Shown: positions 1 to 12,465, counted from the first letter of the stretch. The stretch: 64,000 bases of DNA from Octopus sinensis (GCF_006345805.1 NC_043014.1:15252001-15316000); one strand, 5' to 3'. A program made the numbers and translations. The notes: a model not told the origin generated them from the sequence alone.

Positions 1-141
1 CTCTTTTACTTGTTTCAGTCATTTGACTGCGGCCATGCTGGAGCACCGCCTTTAGTCGAGCAAATCGACCCCGGGACTTATTCTTTGTAAGCCCAGTACT
101 TATTCTATCGGCCTCTTTTGCCGAACCGCTAAGTGACGGGA
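1..141 (-). mobile_element. SINE family A, 3' tail fragment
   Basis: Matches the 3' half seen in full copies (ctcttttacttgtttcagtcatttgactgcggccatgctggagcaccgcc); cut by window edge. Confidence 0.9.
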
Positions 142-281
142 GATGAGTTAAGATTTTATATATATATACAATAAATTCAGGGTGAATACTTGATAAGTGT
201 AAGCACCTGTATATGCCAGCTAGTAGCAGAGGTGAGAGGGTATATGCATCAAATGAAATAAAAAGCAGAACACAAAGATGT

Positions 282-375
282 CACAGTACACGTATTTCAG
301 GCTTTATAAAACAACCTATTCTTACATCAATGTATAATCGACATAACAGATGGTTTAAAGCTCTCTTCAGCCGCA
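282..375 (-). ncRNA. Type I hammerhead ribozyme motif with long stem II (Penelope-like repeat remnant), partly decayed
   Basis: Minus strand: tgcgg-CTGAAGA-gagctttaaac...tataaagcct-GAAAT-ACGT-GT-A-ctgtg; stem I pairs with G.U wobbles; C15.2 is T. Confidence 0.6.
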
Positions 376-639
376 TGCAATTACTATACCAAAGACTTAC
401 ATCACATTATGAAATTTCATATATATATGAAAAAAGATGGAAGAATGAAAGAACGAAAAAAGAAAGAAGGGAAGAAAGGAAGAATGAAAGATGAGAAAGA
501 AAGGAAAGGTGGATGTCTGAGTGATAATGTTCGTCCATTCATAATAAATGAAAATAATAAGTTCGACTATAGAGTAACTTCTTTAAGGAGTATATCTATG
601 CAGGGATACCGGAGTACATCCATGCAGGATGCATCACCT

Positions 640-812
640 CAGACTGTATTTCATCTGTCTTTACATTCTGAGTTCAAATTCCGCCAAGGTCGACTTTGCC
701 TTTCATCCTTTCGGAGTCAATAAATTAAGTACCAGTTGCGTACTGGGGCCAATCTAATCGACTGGCCACCTCCTCAAAAATTATGGGCCTTGTGCCTAGA
801 GTAAAAAAGAAT
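640..812 (+). mobile_element. SINE family B (core gcctttcatcctttcggggtcgataaattaagtaccag), 5'-truncated
   Basis: Same core recurs in >15 places in the window; B-box-like gagttcaaattcc. Confidence 0.85.
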
Positions 813-1164
813 GTGTGTGTGTATGTATGTAACCAATGACACCTCTCTTAGTACAAACCAAATTATGCCATGTCACGTGCCCACAAAGCTAGTTCACTGA
901 GTGGCCACAGGTGGCATTAGTGTTGTCTTAAGCAGAGCCTGTTGCATCGTTTCATAGTAGACAGAGTGTATATAACTAAAATGTGAGTAGTGCTATAGTG
1001 TAGAATAATCAACTTACATGTTGAAGTTTGTTTGTTTGCTTGTGTGTGTGTCTGTGTGTGTGTTTGCGTCTGTGTGCATGCACATAGACATGCTCACACA
1101 TATGCATACACATACACATACACACGCACATAATTTGTTAAAAGAGAGGAACTTTGTGGAGGCA

Positions 1165-1477
1165 TAACATGCATATATAAAGACAGATACTCAGACAGAT
1201 TGGCAGACAGAGGAAGACAGATACAGACAGACAGGTACTCAAACAGACAGATTGACTGATAGACAAACAGGTAAGGCAAACAGACAGACAGACAGACAGA
1301 CAAATAGATAGACAGACATAAAGATAGATAGAATAGACAGATAAATAGTTAGATAGATACACAGACAGGAAGACAGACACAGACAGATAGACAAATAGTT
1401 AGCTAGACATAAAGATAAATAGATAGATAGATAGATAGGCAGATAGATCGATAGATAGACAGACAGACAGATAGCTA

Positions 1478-1530
<53 letters not shown>
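1165..1530. repeat. Compound (GACA)n/(GATA)n/(TA)n/(GA)n microsatellite
   Basis: Directly visible tetra- and dinucleotide runs. Confidence 0.9.
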
Positions 1531-1531
<1 letters not shown>

Positions 1532-1969
1532 AAAGAGAAGAATAAGTAAGGAGTTAGGCAGGTATGTAGATGTGTGGGTGGGCAATAAATTTACAGGGTG
1601 GAGTGTAGGTATGCGCATACGCAGTTGACATAGGAAGATTAGTAAGAACGTAGGTGGGTAACAATGCAGGGTGGTTATGCGGATGTGCACGAAGATAAGT
1701 GGTAAAGTAAATAGACAGTAGTGCACATAGGTGGATAGGAAAAGTTAAAGGTGAGATATTCACAGAGGGATAGGTAAGAAGCTAAACAAACAAAAAGATA
1801 TACATAGGTAGGTAGGTAGGTAGATAGGTAGGTGGATAGGTGGATAGATGGGTAGGTAGGTAGGTATGATGTGCACAGCAGTGTCATGTGCAATGCAGGT
1901 ACATTGGTTAAATGAGTTGGAAGTAAATTCAGAGACACATGGTAGCTTGTGTTTTGCAGTGATAAGTTA

Positions 1970-2472
1970 CCGTAAATCCTCGAGTATAATCCGCACTTTT
2001 TTCCCCAAAATTTAATGGTCAAAATCCCTAGTGGGATTATACATGAGGTTAAATATGAAAATTATTTTCTAAGCAAGTCTATTTTGCTGTCCGGCAATGT
2101 TTATTCAGACGCATTTTGTGATGTCAGGTGCAAAAATACCTTAAGCTAAGCCTGAAAGCAATGAAGTCATAAAAGAATCATCCATAACTTGCAGTAAGCA
2201 ACATTTATTAAACGTTATTACTGTTATTTCTTTATTTTCTGCAAACAAAATGCACAGAAAAGCTACACGTTTGCATTATGTTATATATACAATAATAATA
2301 AAGGATGTTACCATATACATTTTTACAAACCAAGGACGTTATATAGACCTTCTTGACCCAAGTTAGAGAAGGGGTGCGTATTATACACAAGGTTTAGGTT
2401 TTTCAGAGGTACAGCCCCCTAAAAATCCCTGTGTATTATACTCAAGGGCAGTCTATACTCGAGGATTTACGG
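1970..2472. mobile_element. Tc1/mariner-superfamily (pogo/Tigger-like) MITE
   Basis: Perfect 19-bp TIR ccgtaaatcctcgagtata / tatactcgaggatttacgg flanked by TA at 1968-69 and 2473-74; subterminal gtattatac repeats. Confidence 0.85.
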
Positions 2473-2748
2473 TAGTTAATTAATTGGCTAGCAGGAAGGT
2501 CTGATGAGTTCGTTTGTCACGAGGAGTGAATGTAATGTCATGTTTTGAGATTTCGTCTTTTGCATGAAAGTGAGGAAATGAGGAAAACTAGACATATATG
2601 TTGGTAAAATTGTGTGGGCGCTCACGCACACGTGTGTGTGAGTGTGTCTGAATTAAGCAAAAATGAGTCAAGAGAAATAATTTAGTGTGGCCAGTTGAAT
2701 GAATTTAGGCAACAATGATTAATAAAAGTATATTGTTTCTAGAATAAG

Positions 2749-3232
2749 AATAGGTTGGAGGAAGTTCAGCGAGCCATTACCTCTGTTAGCAACAAGAGGA
2801 CCGTCTCAGAGTAAAAGGTAGACTGTATGATGCTTGTGTATGAATGGCCATACTCTATGGTAGTGAGACATGGGCTTTGAATGTAAAGGATATGTGTAAA
2901 CTGGAGAGAAATGAAGGCAGTATGCTTCATTGGATGTACAACAAAGTACAAATGTATTTAGAGAAATTTTGGGCATAAGAGGAATCAAATGCAGCATGCA
3001 AGAGAGAAGAGTATGTTGGTTTGGACATGTGATGAGTATGAATGAGGACAGCTGCATAAAGAAGGGTTGATCACTGAAAGTGGATGGTACCCATGGAAGA
3101 GAGAGACCCAGGAAGTCATGGGATGAAGTGGTAAGGACTGATCTCAGGATGTTGGGACTCACAGAGAAAATTACAATGGACCAAGATGTCTGGCGATATG
3201 AGGTTCTTGAGAAAACCCACCCACATCAGTGA
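2749..3232 (+). pseudogene. RTE-clade LINE, degenerate ORF C-terminus
   Basis: Frameshifted translation: WRKFSE..RVKGRLYDACV..ILYGSETWAL..LERNEGSMLHWM..CWFGHVM..GRERPRKSWDEVVRTDL..DVWR, the typical RTE C-terminal motif series. Confidence 0.85.
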
Positions 3233-3543
3233 AACTGAGTTCTTGAAGCACTGTGAGTCCCACCTACACTTAAGAAATCTTCTCACACACCCTACCACAA
3301 CAAACCAAACTGCATCTCTACATCTCTTCTCTTCCTCACATTTCCACTTCATGCACTATGCTTACCTCCCACTTCTGAATCCTGTCCTCTTGGCCCTGTT
3401 TCACTGTATCATTGCTATCCACTAGCCCCACCGACCTGTGTGTTCCACCCACAGGTAACAAGAAAACTTTTCACACACCCTACCCCAACAAACCAATCTA
3501 CATCTCTATATCTCTTTTCTTCCTCACATTTCCTGCTTCATAC

Positions 3544-3697
3544 ACAGGCTTCTTTCAGTTTCCGTCAACCAAATCCACTCACAAGGCTTTGGTCGACCCA
3601 AGGCTAAAGTAGAAAACACTTGCCCAAGGTGCCACACAGTGGGACTGAACCTGGAACCATGTGGTTCGTAAGCAAGCTACTTACCACACAGCCACTC
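3544..3697 (-). mobile_element. SINE family A, tRNA-like head only
   Basis: Reverse complement gives A-box tggctgtgtgg, B-box ggttcagtccc, then ccttgggcaagtg. Confidence 0.85.
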
Positions 3698-4674
3698 TGC
3701 AGACCCCCCCCCCCGTTTACTATTTTGCTTGTGTGGACCCCAAAATCTTATAATGGAGCCCCAGAAGCCATATGGATCCTGGTTGAGAACCAGTGGCATA
3801 GAGGAAGTACAAACTGAGGAAGCAGTGTATGTGTGTGCGTACGCATGTGTGTGCGTACGCATGTGTGTATGAGTGCGTGTATGTTGTAACCACACGCATA
3901 GAGATAAAGAGGATTTGCGGTGTATCTATATGACTTGTAGGTACATAGATAGGTATGCATGGGGCGGGGGTGGGGTATACAGGGTATATGGGTGTATGTT
4001 GCAGCGAGATGTCTAAATAGATGTCAATGTGACAGGAAGATGGATGAGTGGGAAGGATAGGGGCAGTTGAGGTGGGAAGGATGGTATCGCAGTGAGGGTA
4101 GAGGATGGTGGCAGTTGGAGTGGAAGGAGGGTGGTGGGGTGGAAGGTATGGGGGGCGTGGAGGATAGGTGGCAGAGGGGGATGGGATGGTTGGAGGCAGT
4201 GGGGGCAGGGATGGAAGGGGTGTATCTTACAAATAGATGGCAAAGCACAACCATGTAGGATATGCTGCAGGGGGGTGGGAAGGTTAGTAACCGGAGAAAT
4301 AGCTTTGGTGGGCAGGTCACTGGGAGGAGGAGTATGCAGTGGGGTGGGGTGGGTGGCTTGGTAGATGTCTGTGTATGCAAGTGTGTAGGGGTGGCACACG
4401 TGCATCAGTAAGTAAATGGAGCCAGGCAGCTAAAGAAGATGTAGAATGTACCAAGATCATGGCAGGCAGGTAAGATTGACAGGTATGATAAGGTAGGTAG
4501 GTAGGTAAAGTAATGTAAGGTAAGCTTATGTGGCTGGTGAGGTAAGTATGTAGGGTGGCTGAGTGACCCAGTGGGTAATAGTTGCCAAGGTGGATTTAGA
4601 CAAGGTTCTGTGAACTGGTCATTAGTGATTGGGTATAATTAAAAAACAGAGTGGGAGAAATGTATAAAAATGCA

Positions 4675-4865
4675 TGAACCGATGTGCTGGTGGCATATAA
4701 GAACACTTGTTACATTCTAGGAGTGGTCAGCATTAGGAAGGGCATAGAATTGTAGAAACCATGCCAAATTAGACTGGAACCTGGTGCAGCTCTCCATCTT
4801 ACCAGTTCCAGTCAAACCATCTAACCCATGCCAGTATGGAAAGCCGATACTAAATGATGATGATA
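4675..4865 (+). mobile_element. Family C element (ttaggaagggcatccagc...acccatgccagcatggaaa, (GAT)n tail)
   Basis: Matches other family C copies; microsatellite tail typical of RTE-mobilised elements. Confidence 0.75.
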
Positions 4866-4908
4866 TATATATATCCATCTTGGGTCTTTTAGGTACCAAT
4901 ACCTCTCA

Positions 4909-5002
4909 TGTGGCACCTTGGGCAAGTGTTTTCTACTATAGCTTCGGGTCAACCAAAGCCTTGTGAGTGGATTTGGTAGACGGAAACTGAAAGAAGCCCA
5001 TC

Positions 5003-5003
<1 letters not shown>
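4909..5003 (+). mobile_element. SINE family A, partial head
   Basis: gtggcaccttgggcaagtg...ctgaaagaagccc. Confidence 0.8.
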
Positions 5004-5039
<36 letters not shown>

Positions 5040-5054
5040 ATATATATATATATC

Positions 5055-5479
5055 AGAAAAAAGCAACAAGAATGGATCAATATTTCGGTACAATTGTTTC
5101 ATACGAAGACAGCTTTATTAAGGCTGCAAATATTCAAATTTTCTTCAATATGGATGGATTTACATTTTCAATTTCATTTTCATTTTCTGGAAAACTAAGA
5201 GGTTTTTTAAAATACTTTTTTAAAACCCGTTATATGACTGTGCAATACTAAAAGAACTTTTGGAAGTCCATTTGTTACCTAATTCTTATTTTTATAGAAC
5301 TATCACCAATGTTTCAAGAGTGTAACATCACCACCTTAGATGTTTGGAGAACTCAGATGTTTTTTCGGCTGATGAGTACGGGTCACTTATATTTACTGCA
5401 ATATTTGCAGCCTTAATAAAGCTGTCTTCGTACGAAACAATTGTACCGAAATATTGATCCATTCTTGTTGCTTTTTTCT
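5055..5479. mobile_element. Penelope-like element remnant with 80-bp inverted arms
   Basis: 5055-5134 is the reverse complement of 5400-5479 (1 mismatch); carries a hammerhead core; end sequence resembles the 29356 element. Confidence 0.7.
5363..5451 (+). ncRNA. Type I hammerhead ribozyme, intact core, 48-nt loop II
   Basis: tttcgg-CTGATGA-GTACG-(48 nt)-CGTAC-GAAAC-AATT-GT-A-ccgaaa; 6-bp stem I, 5-bp stem II, predicted cleavage after GUA at 5445. Confidence 0.85.
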
Positions 5480-5612
5480 TATTTATAATCACCCCGCATT
5501 ATCTTATGGTTAACACCATATAGATCTTTGGTGCATCTAAGTTAAGTACCGCATTCATGTGAATTCAACAGAACTCACTTGAATCTTAATTGTTTTTACT
5601 GTATATATATAT

Positions 5613-5699
<87 letters not shown>

Positions 5700-5908
5700 A
5701 TGTTTGTGTGTCTGTTTGTCCCCCCAACATCACTTGACAACCAATGCTGGTGTGTTTACATCCCCGTAACTTAGCAGTTCGGCAAGAGGCAGATAGAATA
5801 AGTACTAGGCTTGCAAAGAATAAGTCCTGGGGTCAATTTGCTCGACTAAAGGTAGTGCTCCAGCATGGCCACAGTCACATGACTGAAACCAGTAACAGCG
5901 TAAAAGAG
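5700..5908 (+). mobile_element. SINE family A, 3' half
   Basis: tgtttgtccccc...gatagaataagtactaggc...gactgaaacc; preceded by long (TA)n. Confidence 0.85.
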
Positions 5909-6232
5909 TATATATGTATGTATTAAACAGTTTTTACGCACAAATAAATAAATTTATGTGTACACACACATGCACACAAGTATTTATCCTTTAGTAGCAC
6001 CTGTCTGGCAGGTAACCGGATCAGAGATCAATGTGTCAATATCAATACAATTGCATGGCCATAGAGTCCACATAAGCCATTACAAAAATCATACATTTAT
6101 ACACTACTATACTTAAACTTCATTATCATTTTATAACTAGTAAACCTGTGCCAGCAAAAATGGCAGCATTTTAAAAGAAATAAACCACAGATGGTATTTA
6201 ATAAATGACCGATATGACCAACACTCTGTGTA

Positions 6233-6617
6233 TTCTTTTCTACTCTAGGCACGTGGCCCAAAATTTTGGGGGAGGTGGCCAATCAATTAGATCGACCCCA
6301 GTATGCAACTGGTACTTAATTTATCAACCCTGAAAGGATGAAAGGCAAAGTCAACCTCGACGGAATTTGAACTCAGAACGTAGCGGCAGATGAAATACCT
6401 ATTTCTTTACTGCCCACAAGGGGCTAAACATAGAGGGGACAAACAAGGACAGACAAACGGATTAAGTCGATTACATTGACCCCAGTGCGTAACTGGTACT
6501 TAATGGATGAAATGCAAAGTTGACCTCGGCAGAATTTGAACTCAGAACGTAACGGCAGACGAAATACCGCTAAGCATTTCGCCCGCCATGCTAACGTTTC
6601 TGCCAGCTCGCCACCTT
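6233..6617 (-). mobile_element. SINE family B, two tandem copies
   Basis: Core ctggtacttaatt...gaaaggcaaagtc..ctcggcggaatttgaactcagaac appears twice. Confidence 0.85.
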
Positions 6618-6734
6618 CAACACTCTGTATATTAGATACAGACTTTGTTTTGGTTCATCATATATTGCTGCCAGGTTAGGTTCTGAACTAAGTTCATTAA
6701 CCAAAAGTAGCAGTTTTTAGTCAATAGTCATCAG

Positions 6735-7157
6735 AGACATGGCTGTGTGGTGGAAGGTTAGATTCCCAACAGCATGGTTCCAGGTTCGGTTTCACCGCTT
6801 GGCACCTTGGACAAGGGTCTCCTACTGTGGCCTTGGGCCAACCAAGGCCTTGTGAGAGGATTTGGTGGACAGGAGCTGAAGGAGGCTGTCATGTGTGTGT
6901 ATATATATATATATATGTATATGTATATATGTGTGTGTATAAGTATGTCTTTGTGTCTGTCCCTCCACAAACCAACACTTAACAACCAGTGTTGGTGTCT
7001 TTACATCCCCATAATTTAGCAGTTTGGCAAAAGAAACCACTAGAATAAGTACCAGGTTTTGAAAAAAAAGGTACTAGAGTTTATTTCCTCGATTAAAATG
7101 CTTTGAGGTGGAGCCCCAGCATGGCCACAGTCTAATGACTGAACCAAGTAAAAGATA
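6735..7157 (+). mobile_element. SINE family A, full-length, diverged
   Basis: Head, internal (TA/TG)n and 3' half in order. Confidence 0.85.
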
Positions 7158-7311
7158 GCATGCACTCCAAATCCATACAATGTGAATATTATATGTTTAA
7201 TATTCCTTTGGACCTTGGGACACGGAAGGCCAGTTACCCAATGTCATAAGCATATAAGCAACTGAAATCACAACATTGCCCCTTAATGGGTTGACAGTCC
7301 ATTATAGTTTC

Positions 7312-7497
7312 CAAGACCAGCAATTTTGAAGGGAGAAAACAAGCCAATTATACTGACCCCAGTACTTGAGTGGTACTTTATTTTATTGGTCCCCCATGTT
7401 AACATCAGCAGAATTTGAACTCAGAACGTAAAGAGCTGGAAGAAAAGCAGCTAAGCATTTTGTCCAGTATGCTAACATTTCTGCCAGTTTGCTACTT
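7312..7497 (-). mobile_element. SINE family B, diverged
   Basis: gaatttgaactcagaacgtaa...taagcattttgtccag. Confidence 0.7.
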
Positions 7498-7883
7498 TAA
7501 TAAAATCAAAGACCATCAATTTTAGGGGAGCAGGGACAAGTCAATTAACATTCACTCCAGTATTTGTCTGGCACTTTATTATATAGTAGTTATATCTATG
7601 TGCTCAATGGTAAACCACTTATAGCCATTCATTGCTAGGCAGTTACAACACCACTTTTTGCTTTAGTCACAGTTCAAGTTGGATTTTTAAGTGGTAAATC
7701 AACCTGACCACTTATAGTATATGCCTATTACATTACATCATTAGATGGAATTTTATTTGTTCTTTACTAAGTACGTGTTTAGATAATAAGAATCTAGAAA
7801 CTTCAAGAGATATGGAATAATTTGTTTAAAATGATAATATATAAGTATAGCTGTGTGGTAAGAAGTCAGCTTCCTAACCAAAT

Positions 7884-7982
7884 AGTACTTATTCTATCGG
7901 TCTCTTTTGCCGAACTGCTAAGTTACGGGGACGTAAACACACCAGCATCGGTTGTCAAGCAATGTTGGTGGGACAAACACAA

Positions 7983-8031
<49 letters not shown>

Positions 8032-8207
8032 CATATACATATACGACGGGCTTCTTTCAGTTTCCATCAACCAAATCCACTCACAAAGCTTTAGTCGGCC
8101 TGAGGCTATAGTAGAAGACACTTACCCAAGATTCCATGCAGTGGGACTGAACCTGGAATCATGTGGTTAGTAAGCAAGCTACTTACCACACAGCCACTCC
8201 TGCGCCT
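7884..8207 (-). mobile_element. SINE family A, 3'-truncated
   Basis: Head to gtacttattctatcgg, with internal microsatellite. Confidence 0.85.
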
Positions 8208-9614
8208 ATATATATATTTCCCTTCCCCCCTGTTAGGAAGCACAAACACTTACACACACAAATGTACCCACACGATAGGAACTTCCACATACCACATCCA
8301 ATCACAAGGCTTCAGTCGGCCATATATATCTATATATACACATATATAAATATATATTCTTTAATTGTACATCTATTTATACTCTTTCAAAATAGAGAAA
8401 ACCCAACATTTAAGCATTTCAGTAATAATGATAATCAACAAACGTTTGAGAGATTTGTAGTTTAGTTAAGTTGAACTGAGAATAAATAACAAACAGAAAA
8501 AAGACACACATACACACATTCATATATACACACACACACACATTCATATATACATACACACACACACACACACATATATATATACACGCACACATACAGA
8601 ATGATACTTTTCAGAAAATACTAGTAATGTGTAATAGTAGCTACTATAGAGTTTTGTTATAATATACAGAGTCTCTTTATTGGTCAGATAAGAGACTGAA
8701 AGAAAAACTAGACATTTTTTTCTCCATTTCCTACACAGTTTTTCCCTCCCTCCCACCCTCTCTCTTTTTCTCACTCTTTCTCCTTTTCTCCATATCTTTT
8801 GATATCTATATATATTTTCATTTTCTCATTTATTTACTACATCATTCACACACACACACACATTTTCTGACTGTCTTTCTGTCTCTTTCTCACTAATCTA
8901 CTCAACTACACATACAAACATGTACATACTCTCTCTCTCTCTCTCTCTCTCCCTATCTCTCTTTCTATTTATCTGTCAGTCTATATCTCTCATGCCAGCC
9001 AGCTCTATCTCTCTTTTGCCTCTTTCATTTACTGGATCATTAGCACGCTCTCTCTCTCGCTCTCTCTCTTCTGACTGTCTATCTTTCTCCCTCATTAACC
9101 ACACAGAAACACACACACAACTCTCTCTCTCTCTCTGTCACCCACTACCTCCCTCTCTAAAGGAGACATTCTCTCTTTTACTCATACACACAGAGTTACA
9201 GCAAGAACAACAGCAACAACAACGCCACCACCAGCATCACCAAGCACTATGATGCCTTTTGATCAACTTGTATTCAGGCAAGTCTGGGCTCCCTGCTACC
9301 CTACCATCACCACTATGGCCAACACTGCTTCTTTCTGCCAAAACAGGGTCATTAGAGGAATGGGGTCATTTACAGGAGGAATACAAGGGTCAAGAGAAGA
9401 AAAGGGTATGCAGGGGGGGGGGGTAGAGTAGTTATATGGGAAGAATACTGCCACAGGAGGGAATGGAGGGGGGTTAGTTATGGTAGGAAGAAAGTCTTGG
9501 AAGGAATAAAGAATATGAGAGGAATGAGGTCAGGGGTAGAACAGGGTCATGACATGGTCTTTCTCTTCTGACTAAACTTTTGTGAAAAGAAAAGGGATTC
9601 ATGTATGTTCTTTT

Positions 9615-10430
9615 ATTCTTTTACTTGGTTCAGCCATTTGACTGTGGCCATGATGGAGCACCACCTCAAAGGGTTTTGTTTGAAGAAATAGACCCCAGGA
9701 ATTATTCCTTGTAAGCCTAGTACTTATTCTATCAGCCTCTTTTGCCAAACCGCAAAGTTACGGGGAAGTAAACATACCAACATCAACAGTAGGAAGAGAC
9801 AAACACAGACACACAAACGCAAATATATATATATATATAGGCGCAGGAGTGACTGTGTGGTAAGTAGCTTGCTTACCAACCACATGGTTCCAGGTTCAGT
9901 CCCACTGCGTGGCACCATGGGCAAATGTCTTCTACTATAGCCTTGGGCCAACCAAAGCCTTGTGAGTGGATCTGATAGACAGAAACTGAAAGAAGCCTGT
10001 CGTATATATGTATGCGCGTGTATATGTTTGTGTGTCTGTGTTTGCCCCACCCTCCCAACATCGCTTGACAACCAATGCTGGTGCGTTTACGTCCCCGTAA
10101 CTTAGCAGTTCGGCAAAAGAAACCGATAGAATAAGTATTAGGCTTACAAAGAATAAGTCCTGGGGTCGATTTGCTTGACTAAAGGTGGTGCTCCAGCATG
10201 GCCACAGTCACATGACTGAAACAAGTAAAAGAGTAAAAAGAGAGTATATAATATATATATGACAGGCTTCTTTCAGTTTCTGTCTCAGAAGGCTATGGTC
10301 CACTCACAAGGCTTTGGTTGATCCAAGGCTATAGTATAAGACACTTGCTCAAGGTACCGCACAGTGGGACTGAACCTGGAACCATGTGGTTCGGAAGCAA
10401 GATTCTTACCACACAGCCATGCTTGAGCCT
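9615..10430. mobile_element. Nested SINE A: a + copy (9840-10243) inside the internal (TA)n of a - copy (9615-9820 and 10263-10430)
   Basis: The two minus-strand halves are collinear on either side of a complete plus-strand copy. Confidence 0.8.
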
Positions 10431-10619
10431 ATGTATATATATCCAACTTCACCAAGAACACACACACTCAAAGGACCTTCCTTTGCAATCATATGGTTTC
10501 AGATACAGTCCCAGTGCAAGGATTTTTTACTATAGCCCCAGGACATCCAATGCCTTCTGAGCAAATTTGGTAAATAGGATCTGTGTGGAAATGTATTGCA
10601 TATGTACAAGTATGTATAT

Positions 10620-11014
10620 CTTTTATCTTGTTTCAGTCATTAAGTTGTGGCCATGCTGGGGCACTGCCTTGAAGAATTTAGGTCAAACAAATTGGCCCCA
10701 GTATTTATTTTTTTACTATCCTGATACATAGTCTATCGGTTGCTTTTGCTGAACTGCTAAATTATAGGGACATAAACAAAGAAACACCAAATTTGGTGTT
10801 GGGGGATAAACACAGACATACACGCACATGCACATGTACATGTGCACAGATACACACACACAATAAGCTTCTTTTAGTTTCCATTTACCAAATCTGCTCA
10901 TAAGGCATTTGTTGACCTAGTAGTATTGTAGAAAGTGGCCACACAGTGGGACTGAACTTGGAACTATGTGGTTGGGAAGCGAACTTCTTAAGTGCACAGT
11001 TACACCTGCACCTG
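10620..11014 (-). mobile_element. SINE family A, full-length, diverged
   Basis: Collinear with consensus of other copies. Confidence 0.8.
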
Positions 11015-11023
11015 AATAATCAC

Positions 11024-11039
<16 letters not shown>

Positions 11040-11056
<17 letters not shown>

Positions 11057-11544
11057 CATTATTATTATTATTATTATTATTATTGAGTGAGAGAGCAGTT
11101 CATACCATCAAAGTGACACTGGGGTAAAATATACGAAGCCCAGTATACCCATCATGACTACCCGTCTGATAAGGGTACACCAGGCACATGCATCACAACC
11201 ATATGTGTGCGACATGGTGATCTCATATCAAGATAAACAGCACATGACTTTGCGGGTGGAGCCCAGTTAGAATTTTCTTCAGATCGAGTAACCCATCCCG
11301 CTCAAAAGGTCCCTGAATAAGGGTTGTTTAAGGACGTTGAACGAAACACCCATGTTTCCAGAGGTGAATTATTCAAACCCCAAAGAATCCTTCTCAACAC
11401 ATGGCTATGATGCCCCCCCACTACTTCTGCTCGTGATCAGAGATGCACATATCGTCAGCCACTAAGGGACATGCTCAACTGGTTAAGGTCAAACAACTGA
11501 CAAGCAAATCTGTGGTATTGAGCAGAATATTTGCTGTAGCCCAT
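11040..11544 (-). mobile_element. Family F: non-LTR 3' end with (AAT)n tail
   Basis: Minus strand ends ...ctctctcactc-(aat)n; related copies at 22085 and 23410; no coding motif recognised. Confidence 0.7.
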
Positions 11545-11569
11545 ATTATTATTATTATTATTATTATTA

Positions 11570-11782
11570 AGGTGATGAGCTGGTAGAACCGTTAGCATAT
11601 CAGGCAAAATGCTTAGCGATATTTCATCTGTCTTCACATTCAGAGTTCAACTTTACCTTTGCAGAGGTCAACTTTGCCTTTCATCCTTTCAGGGTCAATA
11701 AATTAAGTACCAGTTGTGTACTGGGGTCAATGCAATCAACTGGTCCCCTCCCCCAAAATTTCAAGCTGTGCCTTTAGCAGAA
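11570..11782 (+). mobile_element. SINE family B
   Basis: gagctggtagaaccgttagc head plus B core. Confidence 0.8.
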
Positions 11783-11785
11783 AGC

Positions 11786-11825
<40 letters not shown>

Positions 11826-12093
11826 TAATAGATCCTTACTTTTTCACCTGGTAATAACACCTCACCTCCAGAGTCTACCACTATCAACAGCAGAAATAAA
11901 CCCAAAACAGCTGAAATAAAGGACCAGTTTCTTGTTTCATTTATTTGTGTAGTTGTTTTTCTTTTTAGGGAGGGGGTGAGGCAGAATGGTAAGGGGTGGG
12001 GTGGAAGGGAACATTTGAATATGAAGAAGGCAGTGCAAGTGAGAGGTACTGACCATCTGCAGCACTTATTGAATGATATTATATTAAACTTAC

Positions 12094-12169
12094 CCAATCA
12101 GTATTAATCATTAATTAACAGAGATGACGTCTAAATGAGGCAGTTGCAACAGGTTTATAACACGATAAC
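12094..12169 (-). other. Candidate 76-nt exon of an unidentified gene
   Basis: Minus-strand acceptor cctttcttttctctttcattttag| and donor GG|gtaagt in non-repeat DNA; stops in all frames but ends ATG ATT AAT ACT GAT TGG (MINTDW). Confidence 0.3.
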
Positions 12170-12323
12170 CTAAAATGAAAGAGAAAAGAAAGGAGAAACC
12201 GTTACAAAAATTCAAAATAACAACAACATAAACAACACATCTGATAAACAGGATATTGATTTTGTCTTATTGTATAGTTTTAAAACAGCATTGAAATAAA
12301 CATCAACAACAAGAGATTGATGT

Positions 12324-12465
12324 GGACATGGGTATGTGGCTAAGCAGCTGGTTTTCCAACCATGTGGTCTTGGGTTCAGTCCCACAGCACAGCAACATGG
12401 GCAAGCATCATCTACTTTAGACTGAATCTGAGTGGATTTAGTAGACAGAAACTGAAAGAAACCCT
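12324..12465 (+). mobile_element. SINE family A head, diverged
   Basis: gggttcagtccc...atgggcaag...actgaaagaaaccc. Confidence 0.7.

Noticed and set aside
2496-2560. CTGATGAG at ~2500 as a hammerhead
   Set aside because: No GAAA following a closable stem II and no stem I/III; the same applies to 16914, 22548(-), 45688 and 63080.
9724-10071. Recurring 60-160 aa ORFs such as RQASFSFRLPNPLT, MPKVPHSGTEPGTMW and MRNWYLIYR
   Set aside because: Read-throughs of SINE A and SINE B, repeated wherever the SINE occurs.
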